A DNA stretch of 64,000 bases from contig CAZLYB010000002.1 of assembly GCA_964563795.1 (NCBI GenBank), forward strand, positions 190,428 through 254,427, in the 5' to 3' direction. The notes below the pieces were generated by a model. The model searched no databases. It was not told the DNA's origin and was given only the letters and a program-made list of their open reading frames with translations. The position numbers were made by a program, and so were the translations under genes. Below are positions 45,130 to 55,152 of the stretch, piece by piece. Source of the stretch: an uncultured Bacteriovoracaceae bacterium (GTDB lineage Bacteria; Bdellovibrionota; UBA1018). Within the stretch, counting starts at the first letter, position 1. Each line of letters starts with the position of its first letter.

Positions 45130-46644
45130 ATGGACCACTCCCTTTCCAATTCTATCCCCGCTTCCCAGCCTTGGAGCAATTCTGAAGAGCTTTGGGCGGC
45201 GATCCTTCGTCAGCTGGAGCAGCAGGTCGTCTCCCATCAGATGCAAACATGGATTGCCCCCTTGAAGTGCCTCGAAATCAACGAGGAAGCCACCACTCTA
45301 GTCTTGAGAGTGACGGTTCCCAATGACTTCTCCTCGCAGTGGGTGAAGGATCACTATAAAAAACAAATTGAAACCCATGCGGAGCAGTTGACGGGGCGGG
45401 AATGCGTTTTGTCCCTCGAGGTCCAGCAGGAAGTGATGCCTTTTTTCAGGCGCGGAGGAGGGGGAACTGCGCCGGGCTTGACGGTAGGAGCATCCTCCCA
45501 AGCTTCTGAAGAATCTTCCCTTCCTCACGCTTCAGATGACCTTTTGCTTCCTTCGAATAGTTCCCCGCCCCCGCGTCCGTCCGGGATTTACGGGCCTCCC
45601 GCAGCCCCGACGTCTAAATCTCTCGAAGAAGCGAGCCTCGATCCTCGTTATGTTTTTGAAAGCTTCGTCGTTGGCGCGAGCAATCAGTTCGCGCACGCAT
45701 CAGCCGTGGCCGTGGCGGAGCAACCAGCGCGCCAATACAACCCGCTTTTTTTATATAGCCCCCCGGGCCTCGGTAAAACTCATCTCCTGCACGCGATCGG
45801 CAATTACTGGATGGCTAAAAACCCGCGCGCCCGCGTAGCCTATCTCTCGGCCGAGCGATTCGTGAACGAGCTCATTGATTCGCTCCAGCACCGAAAGATG
45901 CCGGACTTTCGCGCGAAATACCGCAATAGCTACGATATGATTTTGATTGATGACATCCAATTCATCGCCGGAAAAAACACCAGCGAAGAGGAGTTTTTTC
46001 ACACCTTTAACGCGCTTCATGGTTCCAAGCGCCAGATCGTCGTGACCAGCGATCGCGCGCCGAAGGAGATCGAAGGGCTAGAGGAACGAATCCGCACCCG
46101 CTTCGAGTGGGGTCTAGTCGCCGATATCAGCCCCCCCGAGATCGAGACCCGGATCGCGATCCTGAAGGCCAAGGCAGAGCGCGACGATATCTACCTACCC
46201 GATGAAGTGGCGACATTCCTCGCGACTTATATCAAATCCAACGTGCGCGAGCTCGAGGGCGTTCTGATCCGTCTGCAAGCGCAGGCTTCGCTCACGGGGG
46301 CGGAGATCTCGCTTGAGATGGCCAAGCAAGAACTCAAGACCGCGGTTCCGGAAGAAGGGTCACACTTCACCCTCGAGTCAATTCAGAACGCGGTGGCACG
46401 GCATTTTCAGCTCAAGGTGCAGGATCTCAAGGCTCCCGGCAGGACCAAAAGTGTCGCGCTTGCCCGTCAGATCGCGATGTACCTCATCCGCAAATACACC
46501 GGCATGGGTTTCAAGGAGATCGGTCAATTCTTCGGCGGCAAAGATCACACGACGATCATGCACGCGTGCACGAAGATCGAGCGCAACGTGGAGTCGGATC
46601 CCGCGATCCGCGATGCGGTGGAGTCCGTGCAGAACTTGCTTTGA
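45130..46644 (+). CDS. dnaA: chromosomal replication initiator protein DnaA
   Basis: 504-aa protein with a Pro/Ser-rich linker, AAA+ domain III (NPLFLYSPPGLGKTHLLHAIGN, ILIDDIQF, SDRAPKE) and a domain IV HTH (ALARQIAMYLIRKYTGMGFKEIGQFFGGKDHTTIMHACTKIE). Confidence 0.95.
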   Translation: MDHSLSNSIPASQPWSNSEELWAAILRQLEQQVVSHQMQTWIAPLKCLEINEEATTLVLRVTVPNDFSSQWVKDHYKKQIETHAEQLTGRECVLSLEVQQEVMPFFRRGGGGTAPGLTVGASSQASEESSLPHASDDLLLPSNSSPPPRPSGIYGPPAAPTSKSLEEASLDPRYVFESFVVGASNQFAHASAVAVAEQPARQYNPLFLYSPPGLGKTHLLHAIGNYWMAKNPRARVAYLSAERFVNELIDSLQHRKMPDFRAKYRNSYDMILIDDIQFIAGKNTSEEEFFHTFNALHGSKRQIVVTSDRAPKEIEGLEERIRTRFEWGLVADISPPEIETRIAILKAKAERDDIYLPDEVATFLATYIKSNVRELEGVLIRLQAQASLTGAEISLEMAKQELKTAVPEEGSHFTLESIQNAVARHFQLKVQDLKAPGRTKSVALARQIAMYLIRKYTGMGFKEIGQFFGGKDHTTIMHACTKIERNVESDPAIRDAVESVQNLL

Positions 46645-46656
46645 TTCGAACGAATT

Positions 46657-47169
46657 TTATTCTCGGCAGTGGATGTTGCCTGAAAGCTCCAACTCACCGA
46701 TGCAATCCAAGTGAACGCGCCCGCCGCTGCATCTCGCATAAGGAGTCACTCTTACCACTTCAACTCTATCTAACACGTAGGATACGAAATTCATTCCATG
46801 CGCAAAACTGCAAACGTCTCTCAGATATTGCTCTGAGGGAAGATGGTGGACGAAACGGGTATTGATGCAGGAATAAAGAAAGGGTTGCACGTTAACAGGC
46901 CCCTCCACATAGCAAGTGCCATAAGTTTGTCCGACGGTAGATTGGATCCGCTCTTGAAAAAGATCCCCAACATACCGATCTGCGCTTACCTTGACGGGTT
47001 GAGTAGGTATTGAAGGCAGTGTTGATGATGTTTGTTGGGTACCACTGATTCGAGCGGGTCCAACGCCTCGAGTGAGGCCATTAACTGCATTGGCTTCGGG
47101 TGTCTGAACCCAGAGCAAAAATCCCATCGTAAATGATCGAACAAGAATTGAGCGTAGAAGATTTTTCAT
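46657..47169 (-). CDS. hypothetical secreted Cys-containing protein (170 aa)
   Basis: Signal peptide MKNLLRSILVRSFTMGFLLWVQTPEANA, with six Cys. Convergent with dnaA, 12 bp between the two stops. No recognisable motif. Confidence 0.4.
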   Translation of the reverse strand: MKNLLRSILVRSFTMGFLLWVQTPEANAVNGLTRGVGPARISGTQQTSSTLPSIPTQPVKVSADRYVGDLFQERIQSTVGQTYGTCYVEGPVNVQPFLYSCINTRFVHHLPSEQYLRDVCSFAHGMNFVSYVLDRVEVVRVTPYARCSGGRVHLDCIGELELSGNIHCRE

Positions 47170-47318
47170 ATTCCCCCCGGATTTGTAGTTCAGGAATGTA
47201 ACTGCAACATAAATGCCGGCTGGATAGTATTTGATATAATTGGTTTTTTTATTTTTGTTAAACTATTGAATGCGAAAAAAATAGTCATTGTCAAGTCTTT
47301 GCAAGGGTCATTTCAGAC

Positions 47319-48875
47319 TCAGATCCGGCGCTCTTTTTTGAGCCACTGCACCCACTGCGAGAGCAGGTGCGGAATCGTTTTTAGCTTGGCGATCCAGGAG
47401 CGACGGTGAAGTCCGAGAAGCAATTTAAATACATCATATTGAGCCGTGGAATAGGGGAACCACCAGGGTGATTTGAAAGTAAGGAATCCCCAGCTAGGCT
47501 GGTGGATGTGCTGAGTTCGCACGAGCTCGTAAAGCCCTTCGTCTGAATGAGTCCGTCCAAATCCGCTGTCTTTGACCCCTCCCCAGGGGGTTTCGGCGAG
47601 GCCCGCGGTGTAAAGCACCTCATTGATCGTCACGGTCCCAACCTCGAGCTGCCGAGCAACGCGGTTGCCCAGGGCCAGATCGCGCGTGATCACGCTTGCG
47701 AGGAGGCCGTAAGGGCTGCGGTTCACTTTTTGGACGCCCTCAGCGATGGACTGATAAGTGGTCATCGCGATGACCGGGCCGAAAGTCTCCTCCCGGTAGA
47801 TCAGGAGCGACTCTACGTCGCGGCTGCTGATGAGCGTAGGCTGGAGCGATCGCCCATCTGCCGAGAATTCCCCGCCAGACAAAAAATCCGCGCCCGCTTG
47901 CTTCGCTTCTTGGAGGTGTTTGGAGTAGATTTCTTTCTGTTTCTCGAAAGTAATGGATCCCAAGTCGGTATTGAGTGCGTCTTGAGGGTGGCGCCGGAGA
48001 AGCGCGATCTTGGCCCGGAGTTTTTCGGAGAACGCTGCGGCGATGCTCTCGTGGACGATGAGGCGCTCCGTCGAGGCGCACGCTTGGCCCGAGTTGGTGA
48101 ATCCCCCCCAGAGCGCGGCGCTCGTCGCGAAATCCAGGTCAGCGTCCGGCAGGACGAGCATGGCGTCTTTTCCACCCAGTTCCAGGAGGAGGGGTGTCAG
48201 ATTTTGTGAAGCCGCGCTCATGATTTTTTTTCCGGTAGCGACGCTCCCAGTGAAAATAATTTTATCTGGTTTTTGTTGAACGATGGCTGCGCCCAGCTCC
48301 GGGCCCCCGATCAAAGTCTGGATCAGGCCGGGCGGGAAGCTGCAGCGGTCGAAAAGCTCCTGGATTTTCAGCCCGACCAGGGGAGTAACCTCGCTGGGTT
48401 TGAAAACGACCGCGTTTCCCGCCGCAATCGCCGTGGCGATCTGCCCGAAGGGCAGGAGCAATGGGTAGTTCCAAGGGGCGATGACCGCGATCACTCCCCA
48501 AGGGACGGAGTGCAGCGCGCTTTTTCGATGCTTCATCATTTGAAGCTTCACCCGCCGCGGGCGCAGAAGCTTCGGAGCTCGCTTCGCGAAATAACTGAGG
48601 AGCTCGACACTCGGGAGAACCTCATTCGAAAGCGCCTCGAACCGCGGCTTGCCGTTCTCCCGGGAGATCAACTCCGAGACCGCGTCCGCTTGATCGATCA
48701 GGACTTCGCGCAGTTCCAGGAGCACGCTCGCGCGTCTTCGCGGGGATTCAACGGACCAGCGGGTCTGGGCATCCTTCGCGCGGAGAAAGGTTTTTTCGAG
48801 CGATTCAACTGGGGTTTGATCGAGCTCCGCCAAAATTTCGCCGGTCGACGGGTTCTTCGTGATGAGTTTTTCCAT
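47319..48875 (-). CDS. NAD(P)-dependent aldehyde dehydrogenase
   Basis: 518-aa protein with ALDH motifs: the Glu active site LELGGKDAMLVL, catalytic Cys in FTNSGQACASTERL, and Rossmann-fold GSVATGKKI. Confidence 0.85.
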   Translation of the reverse strand: MEKLITKNPSTGEILAELDQTPVESLEKTFLRAKDAQTRWSVESPRRRASVLLELREVLIDQADAVSELISRENGKPRFEALSNEVLPSVELLSYFAKRAPKLLRPRRVKLQMMKHRKSALHSVPWGVIAVIAPWNYPLLLPFGQIATAIAAGNAVVFKPSEVTPLVGLKIQELFDRCSFPPGLIQTLIGGPELGAAIVQQKPDKIIFTGSVATGKKIMSAASQNLTPLLLELGGKDAMLVLPDADLDFATSAALWGGFTNSGQACASTERLIVHESIAAAFSEKLRAKIALLRRHPQDALNTDLGSITFEKQKEIYSKHLQEAKQAGADFLSGGEFSADGRSLQPTLISSRDVESLLIYREETFGPVIAMTTYQSIAEGVQKVNRSPYGLLASVITRDLALGNRVARQLEVGTVTINEVLYTAGLAETPWGGVKDSGFGRTHSDEGLYELVRTQHIHQPSWGFLTFKSPWWFPYSTAQYDVFKLLLGLHRRSWIAKLKTIPHLLSQWVQWLKKERRI

Positions 48876-48886
48876 GCCCTTCCCTC

Positions 48887-50629
48887 ATGTATACTGGAGC
48901 GGTGAAGATAAAGACAAGCGAACTCGAGCCGAATCTCGCTCCCAACGCAATCGCCGTCCTTGAAAAGCGCTATCTATGGAAAGAGGAGTCGGGGCGGATC
49001 ACCGAGTCCCCGCGGGAACTTTTTCTCCGGGTCGCCGATGCGATCGCTCAGCCGGAGAAAAAGAATCGGGGGAAATGGAAGGACCGCTTCGCCGAGATGA
49101 TGATTTCGCTCCGCTTTCTTCCCAATAGCCCAACCCTCATGAATGCTGGGAAAAAGCACGGGCAGCTTTCCGCCTGTTTCGTCCTGCCAGTTGAGGATTC
49201 TTTGGATGGGATTTTCGAAACTTTGAAGCAAGCCGCAAAAATCCATCAATCTGGGGGGGGCACGGGTTTTGGATTCTCGAGGTTGCGTCCCTCGGGAAGT
49301 TCGGTGCACACCACTCATGGAGTCGCCTCGGGGCCGGTCTCCTTCATCAAAATTTTTGACATGGCGACGGAGACGATCAAGCAGGGCGGCGCCCGGCGGG
49401 GCGCCAACATGGCTATTTTAAGGGTGGACCATCCCGATATCCTGGAATTCATACAAGCTAAGCGGGATCAGAGCTCGATCCTCAATTTCAACCTCTCGGT
49501 GGGCGTGACGGACGTGTTCATGCGCGCAGTCCGTGAAAAATCCTCATACTCACTCATCCATCCCCATCACCGGCGCTTCAGCGGGACTCTACGAGCGGAC
49601 GAAGTCATGGAGAAGATCGCCCAAGCCGCTTGGGAATGCGGGGACCCGGGATTGGTTTTTTTGGATCGCATCAATTTATTTAATCCCACGCCCGCTGAAG
49701 GCTTCATGGAGAGCACTAACCCCTGCGGTGAACAGCCTCTTTTGGCTTATGAATCCTGCAATCTGGGATCATTGAATGTTTCAGCTTATTTCATTGAAAA
49801 AACCGGATTTGATTGGGTCCAGTTTCGCCAGGACGTGCACGATGCCGTTCGCTTTTTGGATAACGTGATCGACGTCAATCGCTTTCCAGTCCAGGAATGC
49901 GCTAAAATCACGCATAAAAACCGTAAAATCGGTTTAGGCGTGATGGGGTTCGCCGATCTTCTCCTGCTTTTGGGAGTTCCCTACGCCAGTGACGAAGGGC
50001 GGAGCTGGGGCGAGCGGATCATGAGCGTTCTGGATCGCGAGGCAAAACGCGCTTCGATGAATTTAGCGAAGGAGCGGGGCGCGTTCCGCGGCTATTCCCG
50101 ATCTCTTTGGAAGCGGCTTGGCTATCCCGAGCTTCGCAATGCGACGGTGAGCACAGTGGCCCCCACCGGGACGATCAGCATGATCGCCGGCGTTTCCAGC
50201 GGCATCGAGCCGATTTTTTCGGCGTCTTTCGTGCGCAACGTGCTTTCGGGAGCGCGCCTTCAAGAAGTTCATCCGGTCGTGAAACGGCTCTTTGAATCGG
50301 AGGGAGGAAAAATCCCTCAAGATATGGATCAGGCTCTTCGTGATCGGCTCGGCGCGGTGTGGAGCCCAGCCCAGGACCTCTCCGTGCGGGATCATATCCG
50401 CATGCAAGCCGTTTTTCAGCGGCACTCGGACAGCGCGGTTTCGAAGACGATCAACCTGTCTGAATCCGCGACGATCCAGGATGTGAGAACGGCTTATGAA
50501 TTGGCTTACCAAACGGGCTGCAAGGGAATCACAGTTTACCGGGATCGAAGCCGCTCTTCTCAAGTCTTGGATCGATTTCCCCCGCCCATCGCCCCTTTGG
50601 ACGGGGAATCTTATTGCCCTTCTTGCTGA
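48887..50629 (+). CDS. nrdJ: class II (adenosylcobalamin-dependent) ribonucleotide reductase NrdJ
   Basis: 580-aa protein with the class II hallmark NPCGEQPLLAYESCNLGSLN (catalytic Cys region), N-terminal VLEKRYL and C-terminal paired Cys (CPSC). The track start at 48887 is only 11 bp from the divergent ALDH start, so the true start may be downstream. Confidence 0.8.
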   Translation: MYTGAVKIKTSELEPNLAPNAIAVLEKRYLWKEESGRITESPRELFLRVADAIAQPEKKNRGKWKDRFAEMMISLRFLPNSPTLMNAGKKHGQLSACFVLPVEDSLDGIFETLKQAAKIHQSGGGTGFGFSRLRPSGSSVHTTHGVASGPVSFIKIFDMATETIKQGGARRGANMAILRVDHPDILEFIQAKRDQSSILNFNLSVGVTDVFMRAVREKSSYSLIHPHHRRFSGTLRADEVMEKIAQAAWECGDPGLVFLDRINLFNPTPAEGFMESTNPCGEQPLLAYESCNLGSLNVSAYFIEKTGFDWVQFRQDVHDAVRFLDNVIDVNRFPVQECAKITHKNRKIGLGVMGFADLLLLLGVPYASDEGRSWGERIMSVLDREAKRASMNLAKERGAFRGYSRSLWKRLGYPELRNATVSTVAPTGTISMIAGVSSGIEPIFSASFVRNVLSGARLQEVHPVVKRLFESEGGKIPQDMDQALRDRLGAVWSPAQDLSVRDHIRMQAVFQRHSDSAVSKTINLSESATIQDVRTAYELAYQTGCKGITVYRDRSRSSQVLDRFPPPIAPLDGESYCPSC

Positions 50630-50632
50630 ACG

Positions 50633-51652
50633 TTAAGGAGTCGCGAGACGATCGAGCAGTTCTTTTTTGAATCCGCTGCGCATTTTCGTGCAATAAAGCG
50701 CGTGATCCGGAGTTTCAAGATCGGGCGAAGCCAACAAATAGGGCTTATAATTGCCAGAAGCTTTCGGGGTCGTCTCCTCGTCATTAGGGAGCGATTGAAT
50801 TTGGACGGGCTGGGTTTCGCAATCAATGCCTTCAGCACGAATCGCATAACCCATCGCCGCGGACTCAAAGGGATTCAACCCATCCACCGAAAAAAGTTTT
50901 TTCCAGAGCTTGAGCCATTCCAAAGCATGGGGAGCCAGCCATTGAGCCGCAGCCCCCCCTTTTTGAAGAAGCTTCAAATCTTCTTCGTTCAGCCAAATCT
51001 GGGATGAGAGTTCAAATGGAATCAAGACCACCGGGACATTCGCATTGAAAAGAGCCTGAAAGGCGGCCGGGTCCATCTCGAAATTGAAATCCCGGTGGGC
51101 TCTCGTGTTGGTCGTTCCCGTCGTAAAGCGTGCGAGCGGGCGTCGTCCCCCCATGGCGATCACCTGAATGATGTTGGCTTTGAGCTCAGGATGATTTTTG
51201 ATCACCGTGGCGATGTTGGTCAGAGGGCCCAGAGCGACTAAAGTGAGTGGCTCTTTTTTGAGAGACTCTGTCATCGCGCGACTCGCCGGAGTCTCTTGCC
51301 CGAGCGCATCCGCGTTCGAAGCACCGGCATAAACTTTTAAGCCGACGGGTCCAAAGCGCTCCACGACGGATTGAGCGATGGGCGTGACGCGGTCCAAGGG
51401 GATGTTTCCGAATACGGTGCTCACGCCTTTGAGGGTGATTTCGGGGGAGTGGAACGCTTGAATCAGAGCGATGGCGTCATCCAAGTCCCGGTTCTTCTCA
51501 GCGGCGCTGATGTCGGTGTCGATCCAGAGAGCGGAGTTGAGCCGCGGTGCTGCAGGGGTGGGGAGGGGGCGAGTCGTGGAACAATGGGAAGTGAAAATCA
51601 AAATCGCTCCCCAAAAGCTGAGGAGTATGAGTCGTTTTTTCTTCGTGAGCAT
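50633..51652 (-). CDS. secreted inosine-uridine preferring nucleoside hydrolase family protein
   Basis: Signal peptide. N-terminal Asp cluster IDTDIS...DLDDAIAL and TVFGN, resembling IU_nuc_hydro motifs, though the Asp motif is interrupted. Confidence 0.55.
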   Translation of the reverse strand: MLTKKKRLILLSFWGAILIFTSHCSTTRPLPTPAAPRLNSALWIDTDISAAEKNRDLDDAIALIQAFHSPEITLKGVSTVFGNIPLDRVTPIAQSVVERFGPVGLKVYAGASNADALGQETPASRAMTESLKKEPLTLVALGPLTNIATVIKNHPELKANIIQVIAMGGRRPLARFTTGTTNTRAHRDFNFEMDPAAFQALFNANVPVVLIPFELSSQIWLNEEDLKLLQKGGAAAQWLAPHALEWLKLWKKLFSVDGLNPFESAAMGYAIRAEGIDCETQPVQIQSLPNDEETTPKASGNYKPYLLASPDLETPDHALYCTKMRSGFKKELLDRLATP

Positions 51653-51760
51653 CGCCCAAGTCTAGCCAGAAATATTGCCGCTAAGAAAGTTGTTTTATCT
51701 GAAAGCGGTCATGGGCTTGTCATGTCCGGGGGGCTGCGGTAGAAGCAGGTTGCTTAAGGT

Positions 51761-51837
51761 GCGGGTGTAGCTCAGTTGGCTAGAGTGCGAGCTTCCCAAG
51801 CTTGAGGTCGAGGGTTCGAGCCCCTTCACCCGCTCCA
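51761..51837 (+). tRNA. tRNA-Gly (anticodon CCC)
   Basis: Hand-folded cloverleaf: acceptor GCGGGTG/CACCCGC, D-arm GCTC..GAGT, anticodon stem CGAGC/GCTTG with loop TTCCCAA (anticodon CCC), T-arm GAGGG TTCGAGC CCCTT, discriminator T, encoded CCA. Confidence 0.85.
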
Positions 51838-51937
51838 TTAGAATCCGACGCCAAGGCGTCGGCGCATTCGCTAGCGCTTTGCGCGCATCTTTATGCAAAA
51901 AAGCCGAGCCAGTATTTAATCTGTAGGCGCCGTTCGA

Positions 51938-53203
51938 CTAAGGCTTCGTAACCTGTCCGTGATCAATTTCCAGAATGACAACCTTGCCCTCCTGAAAATT
52001 TAGCGCGAGACGGTTCCCTGTCCTTGAAAATGCCATATTTTGAAGTGTCATGCGGGATGTGATGGCGTAAGTCCCTATTCTTTCCGTGCGCAGACTGAGC
52101 AACTCAATCTTATTTAAGCTGGTTTTGACAGCGAGAGTGGAACCATCATCTGAGAGGAGGATTTTCTCCACTTCCCCTCGCACTATGCCTCGACCTAGCC
52201 GCCACGGATCTCCGCTCGCAGCATTTGGAAGATAAGTATGAATATGAATTGTAGTTTTGCGGCCCTCTTCAGCAGCAGGCAGAACTTCGGCGATCACCGG
52301 CGCATGCGCAGCCAGGGTGTATAGACCGGATTTAAGCCTTGGACTTGGAGGCTGGCCGGAAAACAAAGTATAATTCAAAGATTTGCTATCTTCATCCCAA
52401 GGAATTTGAATCAAAAAAGGGCCGCCGAATGGGCCATCGGGATGCCGATCCCATTGCCAGAGCCACTTGCGATCTGGACTCAGCCATGGAGTGGAAATGG
52501 GATGAGCGAAAAGCTTCTGATGCTGAATTTCTTGAGTAGCGCCATTAAGGGTATGAATGAATAATTTAGTCTCAGTTTTTGCGAAAAGAGTGGGTGGGAC
52601 GCCGTTATCTGGCGAAGATTGCACCATTGAAAGGCCAAAAACCGCCTCATTCAATTCGATTATCAGGTTTTGTTCGTGAGACGATGCATTCATCGAAGGC
52701 ACCTGAAACCTAAAAAGCCGAGTTTTTCGGCCCTTCTTCATTTCCACAGAAGCAAAAAAACCAAAATCTTCTGGCCTATAGAGGGAGTCATTGGATTCAA
52801 GATGGATGAGGGTTCCATCCAGGTCCGTCTTAAAAACCTCTTGTTCTTTGACTATATCGTAAACGACGAGACGGGTCAGCGTTTGATGACCGGCGATCGC
52901 GATCGTTTTCCAGAGATAAATAAATTTTGAATAGTTCGAGAAACGAACTGCAGTTGGCGCACCGTCATTCAAGAAAGCGGCTGCTAGCGGCCCGGTTCTA
53001 AAATGAGAAGGCAAGTCTAGCGTCACGGTATGAGTGATCAAGAGCGGGGGCAGTGAAGCAGACTTGCAGGGACTGACGGGTGATGAGCTGCTCGCGTTCA
53101 AGGTTGAATGACTGAAAAAAAGGAACGAAATCCCCAGGAGCGCTCCGTGAGCCCACATTTTTAGTGATGTGAATTGCATTCTTGGCTGCCGTTTTCGGCT
53201 CAA
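51938..53203 (-). CDS. hypothetical secreted protein, beta-propeller-like repeats
   Basis: Signal peptide MQFTSLKMWAHGALLGISFLFFSHS. Repeated strand-turn units (SPDRKWLWQWD, SDDGSTLAV, SRTGNRLAL) resembling TolB/WD40-like propeller blades. Inference only. Confidence 0.4.
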   Translation of the reverse strand: MSRKRQPRMQFTSLKMWAHGALLGISFLFFSHSTLNASSSSPVSPCKSASLPPLLITHTVTLDLPSHFRTGPLAAAFLNDGAPTAVRFSNYSKFIYLWKTIAIAGHQTLTRLVVYDIVKEQEVFKTDLDGTLIHLESNDSLYRPEDFGFFASVEMKKGRKTRLFRFQVPSMNASSHEQNLIIELNEAVFGLSMVQSSPDNGVPPTLFAKTETKLFIHTLNGATQEIQHQKLFAHPISTPWLSPDRKWLWQWDRHPDGPFGGPFLIQIPWDEDSKSLNYTLFSGQPPSPRLKSGLYTLAAHAPVIAEVLPAAEEGRKTTIHIHTYLPNAASGDPWRLGRGIVRGEVEKILLSDDGSTLAVKTSLNKIELLSLRTERIGTYAITSRMTLQNMAFSRTGNRLALNFQEGKVVILEIDHGQVTKP

Positions 53204-53274
53204 GGGGGCGCTAAGTCAATGAAATTCAATTTTGCTTCCCAAGCCGCCTGAGCAAGGTTATTTCTACAAAACTT

Positions 53275-55152
53275 ATGAATTTTGACGTTTTAGTGATTGG
53301 GGGAGGTCATGCGGGCTGCGAAGCGGCTCATGCCGCCGCTCGCCTTGGCTGTTCCACAGCGCTCGCCACTTTGAACCCGGACCGGATTGGATTTCTCTCG
53401 TGCAATCCCGCGATGGGAGGACTTGCGAAAGGTCAGCTCGTCAAAGAAATCGACGCTTTAGGCGGGGTGATGGGAAGGATCACTGACCGCGCGGCGATTC
53501 AATATCGGCGGTTGAATTCAAGTAAGGGGCCAGCGGTTCGGTCTTCACGAGCTCAATGCGACAAAGCCCGCTATTCGAACGAGATGAAATCGTTTTTGAA
53601 ACAGGTTCCTCGCTTGGAATTTTTGCCAGTTGAAATTACTGAGATCTTGGTCGAAGGCGGTAGGGTTGCCGGAGCCATTACTGCAGAAAGGACCCGGATC
53701 GAAGCTAAAACAGTAGTAATTACATCAGGTACTTTTTTGAGAGCAATCATGCACACGGGGTCAGATCAACTCGAGGGAGGAAGATTAGGGGATTCTTCCG
53801 CCAAGGGTTTGAGTCAATCTCTCGAGCGAATGGGTTTTCGGTTGAGACGGCTTAAAACAGGGACTCCGCCTCGACTTCACCGTGAAAGCATTGATTGGAC
53901 GCGCGTTGCCCCTCAAGACGGAGATTTAAATCCTCTCCCTTTTTCATTTTATCACCGACCTCATCCCTTTCCTTATCTCCCCCAGATTCAGTGTTTTATC
54001 ACTTATACGAACGAGCGGACCCATGAGGTGATTGAACAGAACTTTGCTCGCTCCCCTTTGTTTACTGGGATCATTCAGGGAGTTGGACCTCGGTATTGCC
54101 CTTCAATCGAAGACAAAGTGAAGCGTTTTCGCGACAAGACGCGTCATCAGCTTTTTTTAGAGCCAGAGGGATTGGAAACTCCAGAGATCTACGTAAATGG
54201 AATTTCAACGAGCCTCCCGCGTGATGTTCAAGACGCATTTGTGCGCACCATCGAGGGGCTGGAAAACGCTGTTTTTATGAAGCACGGGTATGCCGTGGAG
54301 TATGACAGCGTTGATGCACGGCAATTGAAGCGCACTTTGGAATCAAAAGAAATCCCTGGTTTATTTTTCGCGGGCCAAGTCAACGGAACTTCGGGCTACG
54401 AAGAAGCTGGTGCCCAAGGGTTGATGGCTGGGATTAACGCCGCTCTTGTTGTTCAAGAGCGTGATTCTTTTACTTTAGGAAGACATGAAGGGTACATCGG
54501 CGTTCTAGTGGATGACCTCGTTTTAAACGGAGTGGATGAGCCCTATCGTATGTTCACTTCGCGCGCTGAGTATCGGCTTTTGCTCCGTGAAGATAACGCA
54601 GATCTTCGCCTCGGTGAAAAAGCGGGAAAACTAGGGCTTTTGTCGCCCTTAGAACAAGAGCGGTTGCAGTTTAAAGCACAAGCGATTCAAGAAGAGCGAG
54701 AGCGACTGGAGTCCACTTTCTTTTTCCCCGTTCAAACCGCCGAATACTTTGAGTCGCGGCAGTGGCCCCTCCTGAAAGATCGAATTTCTGCTTCGACGCT
54801 CTTAAGACGTCCTGAGGTAGGATGGGCAGAATTAGAAGCACTGGGTCTGAAGAGATTTGAGGGGAGTGATTCAAAAGAACTTGCCTTTGAAATCAAGGAG
54901 CAAGTTGAGATCCAAATCAAGTATGAGGGGTATATCAAGAGGGATCTCGAGCTCCTTAAAACCGTAAACCAGTATGAAAACTTAGAAATCCCTCACGACA
55001 TTGATTATGGGGTGATCCCAGGACTTTCAAATGAAATAAAGGGAAGGCTTTCGGATACAAAACCTGAAACCCTTGGGCAAGCAAAGCGAGTCCCAGGAGT
55101 TACGCCAGCCGCAGTAGCGAATCTCATGATTTTTCTCAAGATGTCAGCATGA
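53275..55152 (+). CDS. mnmG: tRNA uridine 5-carboxymethylaminomethyl modification enzyme MnmG (GidA)
   Basis: 625-aa protein with the FAD-binding N-terminus FDVLVIGGGHAGCEAA and conserved GidA core (NPAMGG, GPRYCPSIEDK), plus the C-terminal MnmE-interaction domain. Confidence 0.95.
   Translation: MNFDVLVIGGGHAGCEAAHAAARLGCSTALATLNPDRIGFLSCNPAMGGLAKGQLVKEIDALGGVMGRITDRAAIQYRRLNSSKGPAVRSSRAQCDKARYSNEMKSFLKQVPRLEFLPVEITEILVEGGRVAGAITAERTRIEAKTVVITSGTFLRAIMHTGSDQLEGGRLGDSSAKGLSQSLERMGFRLRRLKTGTPPRLHRESIDWTRVAPQDGDLNPLPFSFYHRPHPFPYLPQIQCFITYTNERTHEVIEQNFARSPLFTGIIQGVGPRYCPSIEDKVKRFRDKTRHQLFLEPEGLETPEIYVNGISTSLPRDVQDAFVRTIEGLENAVFMKHGYAVEYDSVDARQLKRTLESKEIPGLFFAGQVNGTSGYEEAGAQGLMAGINAALVVQERDSFTLGRHEGYIGVLVDDLVLNGVDEPYRMFTSRAEYRLLLREDNADLRLGEKAGKLGLLSPLEQERLQFKAQAIQEERERLESTFFFPVQTAEYFESRQWPLLKDRISASTLLRRPEVGWAELEALGLKRFEGSDSKELAFEIKEQVEIQIKYEGYIKRDLELLKTVNQYENLEIPHDIDYGVIPGLSNEIKGRLSDTKPETLGQAKRVPGVTPAAVANLMIFLKMSA

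Noticed and set aside
51653-51937. tRNA-Gly as an integration hot spot or island boundary
   Set aside because: There is no integrase, no direct repeat of the tRNA 3' end downstream, and the flanking genes are not obviously foreign apart from one secreted hypothetical; this is not supported.
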